A stretch of DNA of 64,000 bases from Saprolegnia diclina VS20 (taxonomy: Eukaryota), in contig NW_008246071.1 in the NCBI RefSeq assembly GCF_000281045.1, positions 865,172 to 929,171 of the forward strand. The letters are read 5' to 3'. Positions 1-11,751 of the stretch are shown here, piece after piece. The notes below the pieces were generated by a model. The model ran no database searches. It was not told where the DNA came from and was given only the letters and a program-made list of their open reading frames with translations. Both the position numbers and the translations under genes were made by a program. The stretch's first letter is position 1; each line of letters opens with the position of its first letter.

Positions 1-1044
1 GAGCACGGCGTTGATGAGCGAGAGAAGCGCATTCCGGCTTTGCCGAAGGAGGTTGAACAAATGGTTGCCGGCAGCATCGCCAATGTGCGACTTGGCAACC
101 GCGACACCGAGCGGCAGCGCAAACATGATGATGCTCAAGAGCGACCCGTTGGCGAGCGAGCTAAAGATGTTGTCCGACACCATCAAGTTGATGATCGCAA
201 TCACTTGGTCGGTGAGCGAAAGCTGCTGGAACTTGCCTTGGATGTTGAGCACGTTGTTGATGTCGTTGATCTGGTACAAGGCGCTGGCGGCCGTCGTGTT
301 GGGCTCAAAGCACGCGACCGACCCGTTCTCGGCCGCGCCGAGGAAGAGCCCGTTGGCACATTTGAGCCCGATGATTGCGACGCCGCTCGTTGCATTGGCG
401 GCGACAACAACCGAGCTCGGCGGGCTGTACATGGCACGGAAAGCCAGTGCCACAATCATACCTTGAACCGCCGCGAGCGACGACGTGAGGAAGAAGACGA
501 CGACGGTCCGGAGCGTCAAGACCGACGTCCGGTTGAGCATGATAACTTCGGCGATCGAGACTGTCATCGAGCAAAAGACAAGCGGCACGACAAGGCACCG
601 CAGTGCGCGCACAAAGAGGTTACCGGGCAGCGCGATCCACTGCTGGACGTCGTCGCCGACCTCGAGCTTGGCCAGCAAGAGCCCGAGACCAATGCCGACG
701 GCAGCGCCAATGACGACCGCGATCGAGTTGACAAAGACAGAGCTCGAGCGCGAGTCAAAGTTGCCAGCCGCGAGGTGCTTGGGGTCATGCTCCTCGAGGA
801 TCGGGTCGTCGTAGACTAGCGGCGGTGTGCCGACGCCCTCTGGCTGATTCCGCACTGAAAAGTTGGTGCGCAGACCAAGCGGCTCGGCGGGCGGCGGCAC
901 GCGGCGCTCGCCGCTGCGACCCGTGCTCGATGATGAGATGGACCCGGGCGTCGTATGCAGTCGGTGATGCCCGGTGGGCGCCGGCGACGGCTCGGTGTTG
1001 CTGTCGCCGTTGTTGTAGTATAGGTAGATACCTTTCCCTTGCAT
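1..1044 (-). CDS. DAACS/SLC1-family (dicarboxylate/amino acid:cation symporter) paralogue 1, 5' part; 3' end runs off the window
   Basis: Absent from the ORF track because it has no stop in the window. Manual translation from ATG 1044 gives MQGKGIYLYY...PPPAEPLGLRTNFS...YDDPILEE...WIALPGNLFVRALRCLVVPLVFCSM...KCANGLFL...DNIFSSLANGSLLSIIMFALPLG, collinear with the other paralogues. Confidence 0.9.
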   Translation of the reverse strand, partial: MQGKGIYLYYNNGDSNTEPSPAPTGHHRLHTTPGSISSSSTGRSGERRVPPPAEPLGLRTNFSVRNQPEGVGTPPLVYDDPILEEHDPKHLAAGNFDSRSSSVFVNSIAVVIGAAVGIGLGLLLAKLEVGDDVQQWIALPGNLFVRALRCLVVPLVFCSMTVSIAEVIMLNRTSVLTLRTVVVFFLTSSLAAVQGMIVALAFRAMYSPPSSVVVAANATSGVAIIGLKCANGLFLGAAENGSVACFEPNTTAASALYQINDINNVLNIQGKFQQLSLTDQVIAIINLMVSDNIFSSLANGSLLSIIMFALPLGVAVAKSHIGDAAGNHLFNLLRQSRNALLSLINAVL

Positions 1045-1062
1045 ACTACTACTCGACACTAA

Positions 1063-1078
1063 GGAAATGTGAAAGTGG
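1063..1078 (-). promoter_or_regulatory. Oomycete INR+FPR core promoter element of DAACS-1
   Basis: CCACTTT-CA-CATTTCC on the minus strand, 18 nt upstream of the ATG; matches INR YCAYTYY plus FPR MWTTTNC. Confidence 0.6.
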
Positions 1079-2458
1079 CGATGTGTTGTCACGCGCGCAA
1101 AACGTCTGAGAATTACGACGGTGCAGCATTACCGGTAGCCAGCGCCGCCTGAGAATTCGTGCCGCACAGAATTGAACTTTGCCGTCCTGTCGCTTCAGAG
1201 TCCTCAAAACACCATCGCGAGCGAGGCTCGATCCCATGGCCTCGTGCTTGTATAGCACTTGATCTCTTTACCTTCTCACAGGGTCAGACGACGACGGTCT
1301 TGACCGACACCCAGGTTGCCGCATCGTTGAATCAGATGTTGTTCTTTGCGGCTGTCCGAGTATCTGGCCGCGTGCATTCTTTTGATCTCGCCGCAAGGGA
1401 TTCGGCAGTCGAAGCTCTCAAGTCGACACCACCACCTCTATGCTGAGAAGAGCAGAAGCCGAACGCAAGGTCCTTGCGGCGAGAGCGCGCTGTCGGACGA
1501 AGCGCTGGTCCCTGCAGACGACGTACCCAATCGTACCCATCAGTGCGAGGTTACGAGTCGCTTTCTTGGCGGCGCGTCCACCAAGTCGAAAAAACGAACG
1601 CGGGCCTTTCTATTTCGAGCCTTTACGCCGGATTGGCCCGTGTCTATGAAGCGAACGCACTCGCGTTGAAACTCGTGTCACGGGACTGCGCACCAATTCT
1701 ATAGTACAGTGCATAGAAACTAGATCGGAAGAAGCTTAGGAGGCGGCTTTCTCTGCCACAGCGAGCGAGCGGTCACCAGATTGCAGCGGAGCAGGGATGA
1801 TAACTCGATCTGCGCAGGCCATACTTTGTACCGGGTCTGTGAGTCCCACACTGTGCGCCCACGGATTCGTCCAGCGCTTTGCGATGGGGCGGGACACGGC
1901 GCAGCCAGGACCGCACTGGAAGCCACAACGTACCGAGTGCAAACGGCCGAATTAAACGGCCGATCCTCACGTCTTTCAAGGACATTCAACAAGTAGCGTC
2001 GCGACACAGCCCCACCACACACAAGTAACCCGGTTCATGCAATATTCGTGGCCACCACGACGCGATGGGCGAGAAGAGGATCAGACGTTGATGCAAGCAA
2101 CAGTGGCAGTGGACCTTTGCGCGTGGAGCTGGAGTGGTGCGTTGACCAAAGCGACAAAAGATTCGACGGCTGGCAGTTTGATTGGTTGATTCAAGCCACG
2201 TGATCCATCTGATTGGCCTAGGAAAAAGCAAAACATTTCAGCCAATCACATGGCAAATTCATTCGCAAATTGGGACGACGGTGAACAACCAAACGAAGCT
2301 CTCGTGAGAGAAATTGATGTGAGAGTAGCCACACCACGGGCGCCATCCCGGCGGGAATGATATTACTTCGTCTGGGTGTACTCAAATTACATGGGCATCT
2401 CTGCATTACCGAGATGGTTTATAAAATAAGTACTAGAAGAGCGTCATATTGCCGCTCT

Positions 2459-4129
2459 CTACTCGTGATGGGCCCACGCGTCGTTGTATTTTTCAGCGAG
2501 AATGCGCGTGACGACCATATTGCCGTTGAGATTGCACATGGTGCAAATGCGATCCAAGATGAAGTCGACAGCCACAATGTACACGAACGAGTGGGGAATC
2601 ACCATAGTCGGGAACACAGTCTTCCACACCGTCATGAGCATCACGAGCGCCGCATTCGGGACCGGTGCCGTGCCCATAGACGCCAGCAACGACACAAAGA
2701 AGAGGACGACCATCTGCGGCACGCCGAGGAGGTCGTTCATACCGGACGTGTTGACAAGAAACACCATCATGACTGGAAAGTACAGCCCCGGCGCGTTGAG
2801 GTTCACGGGCGTGCCCAAGCACAAGATCATTTGCGCCAGCGAGCGCGAGACTTGACGCGTCTGGTGCACGACAGTGACAGCGACCGGGAGCGACGCCATC
2901 GACGACGAGCAACCAAACGCAAAGACGTACGCGGGCACGAGCTGGCGGATGTAGCTGTACGGGTTGATGCGCGTAAAGAGAAAGAGCACGAGAGGCATCA
3001 CAATGAGCATGTGGCTCACAATGCCGCACGAAAACGTCAAAATCAAGTAGCCGGCTTGGGCAAGTACCGTCGACGAGGTCGAGTCGACGGCCACGATCGC
3101 GTTACAGATGAGGAACGCGACCGCGATCGGCGTCAAGCGAAGCACGGCGTTACAGATCAAGAGGAGACTGTTGCGCGCTTGGCGGAGGACATTGAGGACG
3201 TAGTTGTCAGCGCCGTCGGCGCTCGACCGCGCGATCGCGTACCCAAGCGGCAAGGCAAACATGATGATCGAGAGCAGCGAGCCTTGGGCCATGCTCGCAA
3301 AGATGTTGTCGGGCACCATGAGCTCGATGATCGCGATGGCTTGCTTGGTCAGCGACAAGTTGGCCAGCGGCGTCTTGACCGAGAGCACGTTGTTGACGTC
3401 CGTGATTTCAAACTGCGTTGCGTTGACGCCGGCATAATCGGGCGCCGCGCAGACGACCGACCCATTGGGCAGCGTGTTCAAATACAGCCCGTTGGCGCAC
3501 TTGAGCGCCAGGAGTGGGCCGCTCGTCACCGTGCCGTCGTTCGTGTTGGTGCCCATGAACATCGAGTGGTAGATGAGCGCGAGCACCATGCCCTGGATCG
3601 TTGCGAGCAGCGACGTGAGGAAGAAGGTGCCGGCCGTGCGCCACGTGAGAATCGACGTCTTCCTGAGAACGACGACTTCAGCGACCGAGACGCTCATCGT
3701 GCAAAAGACGAGCGGCACAATGAGACAGCGGAGCGCGCGGACAAAGAGGTCACCGGGGAGCGCGAGCCACCGGCGCGTGTCCTCGCCGACATCAAACGAG
3801 TTGGAGAGGAGAAGACCAAAGCCGACGCCGAGGGCCGCGCCAATGACGACCGAGAGCGAGCTCACAAAGCCCGAGCCGCGCGGGTCGTAGTCGGCGTGCG
3901 GTGCCATCATGCCACCCGCGCCTTCCTCCATGATCGGGTCGTCAAAGACGTATTGGGCGTTAGTGTTGCCCGCCGTGGTAAAATTGGTGCGAATGCCGAG
4001 CGGCTCGGGCGGCGGCGGCTTGGCGCCCGGCGTCAAGTTGGAGGACGGCACCGAGCTCACCGACGCGGCCTTGGTCTGCGGCGTCCCGTTGCTACCGTCG
4101 GCAACATAGAGGTAGATGCCCTTGTCCAT
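2459..4129 (-). CDS. DAACS/SLC1-family transporter paralogue 2 (556 aa, intronless)
   Basis: PGDLFVRALRCLIVPLVF (TM2), PDNIF, HP1 AFGCSSSMASLP, TM7 GTPVNLNAPGLY, HP2 ASMGTAPVP, TM8 VDFILDRICTMCNLNGN. Confidence 0.93.
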   Translation of the reverse strand: MDKGIYLYVADGSNGTPQTKAASVSSVPSSNLTPGAKPPPPEPLGIRTNFTTAGNTNAQYVFDDPIMEEGAGGMMAPHADYDPRGSGFVSSLSVVIGAALGVGFGLLLSNSFDVGEDTRRWLALPGDLFVRALRCLIVPLVFCTMSVSVAEVVVLRKTSILTWRTAGTFFLTSLLATIQGMVLALIYHSMFMGTNTNDGTVTSGPLLALKCANGLYLNTLPNGSVVCAAPDYAGVNATQFEITDVNNVLSVKTPLANLSLTKQAIAIIELMVPDNIFASMAQGSLLSIIMFALPLGYAIARSSADGADNYVLNVLRQARNSLLLICNAVLRLTPIAVAFLICNAIVAVDSTSSTVLAQAGYLILTFSCGIVSHMLIVMPLVLFLFTRINPYSYIRQLVPAYVFAFGCSSSMASLPVAVTVVHQTRQVSRSLAQMILCLGTPVNLNAPGLYFPVMMVFLVNTSGMNDLLGVPQMVVLFFVSLLASMGTAPVPNAALVMLMTVWKTVFPTMVIPHSFVYIVAVDFILDRICTMCNLNGNMVVTRILAEKYNDAWAHHE

Positions 4130-4150
4130 TGAAGTGTTGGAATCAAGCGG

Positions 4151-4165
4151 GCAAATGAAAAGTGA
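4151..4165 (-). promoter_or_regulatory. INR+FPR core promoter element of DAACS-2
   Basis: TCACTTT-T-CATTTGC on the minus strand, ~20 nt upstream of the ATG. Confidence 0.55.
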
Positions 4166-5584
4166 TCACAGCAGTGCAAGGCGAGTGCACACACGCTTGC
4201 GACGCCCCGCCATTTGGTGCAGCGACCGCATTCACAGACAGGGCGATATGTGCGGAAGAAGCAATTCGATGCCGTTGGAACCGGGTGGAACGGATGTCTA
4301 CGGGGTAGACGTGGATAGAATTTACCTTTAATGAGTACCGATGGCGTTACAGCGGCTGCGAGGGCGGTTTCTGCTATTAGTTGACACGCGCTCATGTCCG
4401 CACAGGTGGCTCTTAGCCGGGCGCATTGTGTCTCTGGTGACGCCACGTCAGTCGCAAGCCAGCGCGCGAATCGATCGCAGTGGGTACAAGCGCAGTAGTG
4501 GCCAAGCAGAGGCCATACGCATCACCAACTATCATTCGCGCATGGCTTTGGCACGCCGGTCGCACCAAATACTACAGCGCCAAAACACACCAAAGTCGAC
4601 GTTGGAGTCGGTCTTGAAGCGCACATCTTCATGATAAGCTGATCAGCTGCGTGGTGGTTGCACGTCGTGAGGGCACCGTAGTACATGTGAATAAGAATAT
4701 CATGGAGGTTGCGCCTCTAGCATCCCGCGTCGAAGCAGCGCAACAAGTAATAATACAGTAATAAATAGAAACGGCAGTGCTCCTGGCAGCTGGCGTATCC
4801 ACGATACGTCGTGTGTTCATCCACGCTAGGCAGCTGACGAGCTATTCACTTGTCGTTTGTATGCCGTCGAGACGCGATCATCATGCGTTATCGGCACGTG
4901 GCGGGAGATATACGATTACACATTTTACTAGAGTTATGATACCGCTCCCCGTGGTAAAGGACGCCGATTGCTCATTCACTTATAGCGTCCACGAAGACGA
5001 TGCTTTTCACCAAGACCTCTCATCTCGCGAGATGTCGCCGGGGCAATCACGTCCGAGTGTCTTCTTGCATTGCTCTTTTAGAGCTGCTTTGGGTCGAGTC
5101 GCAGCACTTTTGAATCAGGCGACGCTGACTTGAAGCGTGTGGAAGTGAGTCTCGGCGTGTCATGTTTACGGACACCGGGTCACTGAACTGGTAAACTGTT
5201 TTCATGGCGGTGGCCTCCCCAGACTCCAGACTTTGGATCCCACTCAAACCAAACCACAGGGCTGGTGACAAGAACGGCGTCGCTGGTGCCTAGCTGAGGC
5301 CTAGTCATCGGCAATGGGTGGCGGAAGAGTAGCCACCAAAATGCACCACACACGGCCTTCGCTCGTCATCTCGACCGGGCACGACACTGTCTTCATCACT
5401 CATTTCATGCTACAACTTCAACAACTGCAAGCGAGTCGACGGTGGGTTGTGAATCAGAACACCTCGAGCGCAAGCCTCACTTTCCATTCTTCAATTGCAG
5501 ACGTACTCGTCCTTGGGTATATACTAGGTTACTAAATAGACGATTACATTAGTAGGACACACAGTGCATAGTCTTCCAACGAAA

Positions 5585-7306
5585 CTACGCGACTGGAGTG
5601 CTGGCGCCATCGAGCGAGATCGTGTCGTCGTACTGCGCAGACAGAATCCGCGTCACGACCATGTTGCCGTTGACGTTGACAGCAGTTCGAATTCGATCAA
5701 AGAGAAAATCGATTGCGACGACGTACACGAACGCCGACGGCAGCGCGATCGTCGGAAACACCGTCTTCCAGACCGTCATGAGCATGACAAGACCGGCGTT
5801 GGGCACTGGTGCTGTGCCCATCGAGCCAATGAGCGACACGAAAAAAAGCACGACGATCTGCGGCGTCCCGAGCGCCGAGGCATTCCCCGACATGTGCAGC
5901 ATGAAAATGGTCATGACCGGCTGGTACAGTCCCGCGGCGTTCATGTTGATGGGCGTGCCAAGGCACATGATGAGCTGCGCCATTGAGCGCGTCACAAGGC
6001 GCGTCTGGTGCGTGACCGTGACGGCCACCGGCAGCGTCGCCATCGACGAGGCACACCCAAACGCAAAGACGTAGGCGGGAAAGAGCTGCCGGAGGTAGTT
6101 GTACGGGTTGCTGCGCGTAAAGAGGAAGAGGACGATGGGAAGCACCACGAGCACGTGCGAGAAGACGCCAGCGATAAACGCCAAAAAGAGGTACCCGCCA
6201 TGGGAAGCGAGGCCCGCGGACGACGTGTCGTACGCAACAACTGCGTTGCTGATGAGAAAGACGATCGCGACCGGCGTAAAGCGAAGCACCACGTGGATCA
6301 AAATCAAGAGCGCGTTCCGAGCTTGGCGCAGCATGTTGAGGAGGTAGTTGGTGCTCGCATCGCCCGCATGGGTTCGGGCGACTGCAATGCCGAGCGGCAA
6401 GGCAAACATGATGATCGAGAGGAGCGACCCGTTGGCGAGGGCGTTGAAAATGTTGTCGGGCACGACCATTTCGATGATTGCAATCACTTGCTGCGTCAGC
6501 GACAGCGTCTGGAGCGGCGTCGAGATCTTGAGTGCGTTGTTGACGTCCGTCACTTGAAACTGCCCGGACGTGGCATTGGCGCCAATGCACGCGACGCCGC
6601 CGTCCGTCGACGACGGGCCGAGGTACTTGCCGTTGGCGCACTGCAGCGCAATGATGGGCACCGTCGACGACGTGTTGAACGTCGTCGCGTTGTCCTGCCA
6701 CGCAAAGAGCCCGTGGTACGTAATCGCAACCAGCGTTCCCTGCACCGCCGCGAGAAAGGACGTGAGGAAGAACGTGCCCGCCGTGCGCCACGACAAGAGG
6801 GCCGTGTTTTTCAAAATGGCAATCTCGGCGATCGCCACCGTCATCGTGCAAAACACCATGGGCACAATGAGGCAGCGCAGTGCACGCACGAAAAGGTCAC
6901 CCGGCAAGGCGAGCCACAGCATCGTGTCCTTGTTGATGCTAAGTGCTTTGAGCCCAATACCGAGGCCGACACCGACGCCAACACCAATGAGAATCGAGAG
7001 CGAGCTCACGAGGTTGGCGCCGAGCCGCGGGTCAAAGTTGCCGTGGACGCCGAGAGGCAGCTTCTCGGTCTCTTCCATGATCGGGTCAGGGAACTCGTAC
7101 TCGGGCGTGTGCGGCCCGAGCTCGTGTCGCGTCGGCGTCGTAAAGTTGGTGCGGATCCCAAGGGGCTCGTGGTGCGGCGCCGTGCGCTTCCCACCGCTGC
7201 TCGTCGACGATGCCGAGCTCGGCGTCGCATGAAGGAGGTGCGGCGGCGTTGGCGTCACCTGATGGTCGGCTTCTTGGTACAGGTAGATGCCTTGGCTGCC
7301 GGCCAT
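5585..7306 (-). CDS. DAACS/SLC1-family transporter paralogue 3 (573 aa)
   Basis: Same motif set; HP1 AFGCASSMATLP, TM7 NMNAA, TM8 IDFLFDRIRTAVNVNGN. Confidence 0.93.
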   Translation of the reverse strand: MAGSQGIYLYQEADHQVTPTPPHLLHATPSSASSTSSGGKRTAPHHEPLGIRTNFTTPTRHELGPHTPEYEFPDPIMEETEKLPLGVHGNFDPRLGANLVSSLSILIGVGVGVGLGIGLKALSINKDTMLWLALPGDLFVRALRCLIVPMVFCTMTVAIAEIAILKNTALLSWRTAGTFFLTSFLAAVQGTLVAITYHGLFAWQDNATTFNTSSTVPIIALQCANGKYLGPSSTDGGVACIGANATSGQFQVTDVNNALKISTPLQTLSLTQQVIAIIEMVVPDNIFNALANGSLLSIIMFALPLGIAVARTHAGDASTNYLLNMLRQARNALLILIHVVLRFTPVAIVFLISNAVVAYDTSSAGLASHGGYLFLAFIAGVFSHVLVVLPIVLFLFTRSNPYNYLRQLFPAYVFAFGCASSMATLPVAVTVTHQTRLVTRSMAQLIMCLGTPINMNAAGLYQPVMTIFMLHMSGNASALGTPQIVVLFFVSLIGSMGTAPVPNAGLVMLMTVWKTVFPTIALPSAFVYVVAIDFLFDRIRTAVNVNGNMVVTRILSAQYDDTISLDGASTPVA

Positions 7307-9021
7307 GGTTCGTCTCTGTGGTCAAATCGAAAATGAATGCATGCCCTCGTTCGCGTGTGCATGTGTTAGTAAGGCCCACGTGGGTCGAGACCGACCGCCT
7401 CTGCTGATGAAAGCTACTCTTGATGGCCGATGTCGTCGTATTTGGTTGAGGCTTGATCCAGATGGTGAGAGCGGCCTTTCTACAAGGGCAAAATGGCGTC
7501 GGCAGACAAGCGATGTCGGTACGATGCCTTGCTACTGGCTACTGCCGACAACACCACGCTTCGTGTCGGTCTTAGCGACTCGGCAATCGATTCGCATTGG
7601 CTTTAAAGACGTACTAGAGCGGATGTGGTGTCGGCGGCAAAGCCAATTGAAGTGGAATGGCGCTTTAGTAGTACTCTACGAAAGCAGAGTACTACTACGT
7701 TTACGTACAGGCAAGTGCCATCTTGTATAGTGTATTGTATCGCGGCCGGGGCACGACTGCTGAACGTAATTAGAAAGGTGGCGTCACCAGTCGTCCAGTG
7801 GTGTTTGCTTCTACCGAGACCGCATCAACACAAGCCGAAGCGGTCTGTTGCACCGATCAGCTCGCACGAGGCAGCAACGGTACAGACGGCGGCGTTTGAA
7901 GCTCGATGGTCGGTACAACAGAGCTGACCAGTCGATCTTCTTTCGAAAAACGCGTCCAACAAACGAAATAGCAATGGATGGGATCACGTGCTACGTTAGC
8001 ATGCGCCTCGAAGGCCGTGTGTCATCACGGACGTTGTTGGTGACGACGGAGAAGCACCACGCAAGCACCATTTTTTCAAACGTAGGAACGAACCAGGAAC
8101 TCTAGAAGTCTCGGAAACGATTTCCGACATGAAGCAGCAACGCTGGACAAGTGGTATTCTCTCGAGCTTGAAGTTGCCATTTGTAAACCTGGATGGTGCC
8201 AGGTGCTTTTGTCTACAGCTGTTGCCATCGAACGTCGCGCCATAGCCACACGTCCCGAGTCCCAACGCAATGCAGATTCATTCTCAGTATGGTCAGCGCA
8301 GACATACGCATACTGCACGAGTAATACGCAACGCCAAACTGGAGTCATCTCATCGGGCTGACAGTCGACGTAGTTGGTTGAAAGATCGTGACGGTAAACG
8401 CCATCATGCGTAGAAACTGTAGCCGGCGAGGGGGCAAAGCCACGAGCGTTGCTGTCACGTTCTTTTCTTTGGGTTGCAATACCCCTTTTTCGTCGAGCGT
8501 AGTACAAGCAGGCACACGCGATGTCGCGCAATCTCAAACGCATCGCACGCAGTTATAGGAACCCAATCGACTATGTTCTTTCTGACGTCGACGCAGTTGC
8601 AGACTTGCTGCTAGTTAGTTACATGGCCAACCAAAGAGATTTCGGCACGGATACAGCCGAGTGAATCTCTCTCGAAAGGTGGGGAGGAACAAAGAAAGCA
8701 ATCGCGCTTGCTATTGGGACTTGAAAGGACGAAGAGTCTTGGCGCAGTCAACAGCAGCTCCCAGGTAGCGTGCTTGCGCTCTGTCGACGCACCCAGGTGC
8801 AAACGGTGGCAACATCACGTCTTTTGTGTCAGCGCATCACGCGCAGCCGTACAAATTGTGAGAAGAACGCGCGATCCAGCGTGTCGCTACGAGCAACCAC
8901 ACACAAAGACACGCCAACAAAGATGACAAGACGGCAGTAGGTAATTGAGATTCAGCAAACGAGCTGGTTAGCCAAGAGACAGGAGTAAATACATAACAAA
9001 ATACTAGACACGAATCGACAT

Positions 9022-10797
9022 CTAGACTCGAATGGGGCGATCAGCGGCGGCGGCATCGTCGTCGATCGAGTCTTGGAGGTCGTCGTTGAAGCGATCGGCG
9101 AGCATGCGAGCGACCACCATGTTGCCGTTGACATTGGTCATGGTCCGGATTCGATCAAAGAGAAAGTCGACGGCCATGACGATCGCAAAGGCCGGGGGCA
9201 CCTGCGTCGCCGACGGAAACACCGTCTTCCAGACCGTCAAGAGCATGACGAGGCCGGCGTTCGGGACGGGCGCTGTGCCCATCGAGCCAATCAACGCGAC
9301 AAAGAAGAGGACGACCCACTGCGGACCACGGAGCTGGTCGTCGATGCCCGACATGTGCGCCATAAAAACCGTCATGACCGGTTGGTACAAGCCCGCAGCG
9401 TTCATGTTCGTGGGTGTCCCGAGGCACAGAATGAGCTGCGCGAGGGACCGTGAGACTTGGCGCGTCTGGTGCACGACGGTCACCGCGACGGGCAAGGTGG
9501 CCATGGACGACGCACACCCAAACGCAAAGACGTATGCGGGCACGAGATGGCGGAGGTACTTGTACGGGTTGCAGCGCGTAAAGAGAAAGAGGAAGAGCGG
9601 CATCACGAGCAGCACATGAGAGACGACACCACTCAAAAACGCCAAAAAGACATAGCCAAACGCGGCCGCGTTCGCCTCCTTGATCTTGTACGAGACGATC
9701 GCACTCGCGAGAAGGAAGAGCACCGCGATCGGCGTGAGCCGCAAGAGACCGTCGATGAGCACCAAGATCGCATTCCGCGTCTGGCGAAGCAGCACAAGCA
9801 AATAGTTGTGATTGGCGTCGCTCTGCGTTTTCGCAATCACAAAGCCGAGCGGCAGCGCAAACGCAATGATACTCAAGAGCGACCCGCTCGCAAACGAGGC
9901 AAATATGTTCTCGGGCACGACCAAGTTGAAGATCGAAATGACTTGGTCCGACAACGAGAGCTGCGAGACCGCCTGTTTGGACGCGAGCGTGATCCCGTGC
10001 GACGCATCGCTCAACGTAAAGAGCGCCGTCGTGGCGTTTGGATTGGCCTCGATACAGCCGATAGACCCATTGCTACCAAGGACTGCGAGGTACATCTTGT
10101 TGGCGCACTGGAGTGCAATGTTGGTCGGAAGCGCGGGGGCCGGTGCCTTGGCAACCCCGTGGCTCGCCACGAGGTGGTAAACATACGCTACTGTGATGCC
10201 TTGGAGCGTGGCGAGCAGTGACGTGAGGAAGTAGACGGCGCCCGTGCGCCACGAGAGAAGCGCGGTTTTTTCGAGAAGCACGATCTCGGCGATCGCGACC
10301 GCCATTGAGCAAAATACCATGGGCACGATGAGACAGCGCAGTGCGCGCACAAAGAGGTCGCCGGGAAGCGCGAGCCACTTTGGCCAGTCGGACGAGGCGT
10401 CGACGTGGAGCTGCATAAGACCGACGCCGAGGCCAACGCCGATCGCGGCGGCAACCACTATCGAGACGGACGCGACTAGACTTGTGCGGCTTCTTACGTT
10501 CAGTGGCTGCGGGTGGAGCTTGTCGGGGAAATACTCTTCCATGATCGGGTCCTCGTAAACCTCAAAGGGCCGACCGGGACTCAAGCGGGATGTAAACGTC
10601 GTACGGATACCTGAGCCTTCGGGCGGCGGTGGCAGACGCCGGGACACCGACACCGTTCGAGAGCTGGGGGTCGAGAGCAATGTGTGGGGATGGTCCAACG
10701 CGCTGGACCGCCGGGTCGCTTCCGGCTCCGCGGACGGCGCGTCGTCGGGCGCATACAAGAAGACGCCACTGGATGCTGTCGTGCTGTGCTTTGTCAT
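9022..10797 (-). CDS. DAACS/SLC1-family transporter paralogue 4 (~591 aa)
   Basis: Start placed at the first ATG (MTKHS), just downstream of the INR/FPR-like TCAGTCTTTCATTTCC at 10805-10820; TM8 VDFLFDRIRTMTNVNGN. Confidence 0.92.
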   Translation of the reverse strand: MTKHSTTASSGVFLYAPDDAPSAEPEATRRSSALDHPHTLLSTPSSRTVSVSRRLPPPPEGSGIRTTFTSRLSPGRPFEVYEDPIMEEYFPDKLHPQPLNVRSRTSLVASVSIVVAAAIGVGLGVGLMQLHVDASSDWPKWLALPGDLFVRALRCLIVPMVFCSMAVAIAEIVLLEKTALLSWRTGAVYFLTSLLATLQGITVAYVYHLVASHGVAKAPAPALPTNIALQCANKMYLAVLGSNGSIGCIEANPNATTALFTLSDASHGITLASKQAVSQLSLSDQVISIFNLVVPENIFASFASGSLLSIIAFALPLGFVIAKTQSDANHNYLLVLLRQTRNAILVLIDGLLRLTPIAVLFLLASAIVSYKIKEANAAAFGYVFLAFLSGVVSHVLLVMPLFLFLFTRCNPYKYLRHLVPAYVFAFGCASSMATLPVAVTVVHQTRQVSRSLAQLILCLGTPTNMNAAGLYQPVMTVFMAHMSGIDDQLRGPQWVVLFFVALIGSMGTAPVPNAGLVMLLTVWKTVFPSATQVPPAFAIVMAVDFLFDRIRTMTNVNGNMVVARMLADRFNDDLQDSIDDDAAAADRPIRV

Positions 10798-11751
10798 CCA
10801 AGCGGGAAATGAAAGACTGATTCGAGCAAGCAATACGCATCAAATGTGACCTTTCCTGGTCAGAAGACAGGCCATACGCACGGGTGGTTCGTTGCACATG
10901 TGGCAATGTCCATCTCTCGTCGCTTCACCAGCCAAGCTCAGCCAACCCATGGCAGCTATGGCAGCTACCCATGGCGTGCTGCGATGGCCGATACCTTGCA
11001 CAAGATAGGTGTCGTCACGTCAACGCGGGAATAGACACGCCAGGCTACCTCGCGACCTGGCGAGGGATGTGCAAAAGCTCGTTTTTCACCAGAAAGGCCA
11101 CAACATTTTGTGAGCCTGCCACGTAATTTTCACATATTTTACACGTGTAAAATTTGATATTGCACTTTGCTGGACCAGGATTGATCACCAGAAAACCGTT
11201 CAACACGGTGAGAAATATCATCCTAACGACAAGGGTGACTTTGTCCAACGACCGCCTTTCCCCGTTCTTCAAATCAGACTTGCTCGACGACGTCGTGCTT
11301 CAAGTATGTAGACTACGTAGCTTGCTAAAACCCAATGTATTAGCTTGGCTAAGCTTGCATGTTAAGTCGTGCTGCACACGAATGCAGAAATCGTCATCTG
11401 CACAAATCCCATGACCATGCGCGTCAGCGCATGACCTCCACACTAAGGCGTAGACGTGGCAGCGCACCTGGATTCGTGGAAGCTGGCAACGTTGCTCCGG
11501 CCATGCGTACGTACGTCGTCAACGTCTGATCTTGCAAGCGCCTCGTCGTACGCCGCGCGTTAGCGATGCCAGTGCTACATTCGATAGCCCAGCTCAAAAG
11601 CCCACTAGCCAGTACTAGTAGAGTGCGCAGCTCCGTTTGAACTTGACACGCTTGGTGTATCTAGACTTCTCGCACCCATGAGTATCACCAATTGCGCGTG
11701 TATACACGTGGGACTCGACGTCCATTTGCTAAGGATGTCAAATATGATTTC

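Noticed and set aside
2357..4132. Long antisense ORFs (591 aa here; also 6008-7336, 51534-52799, 56235-57776 and others)
   Set aside because: These are shadow frames of high-GC3 genes on the opposite strand: Arg/His/Asp-rich, no motifs, and coextensive with real genes.
7400..8950. Short ORFs in the DAACS-3/4 spacer (also 28335-29750, 52977-53644, 62900-63600)
   Set aside because: No recognisable motifs and no coding-type codon bias.
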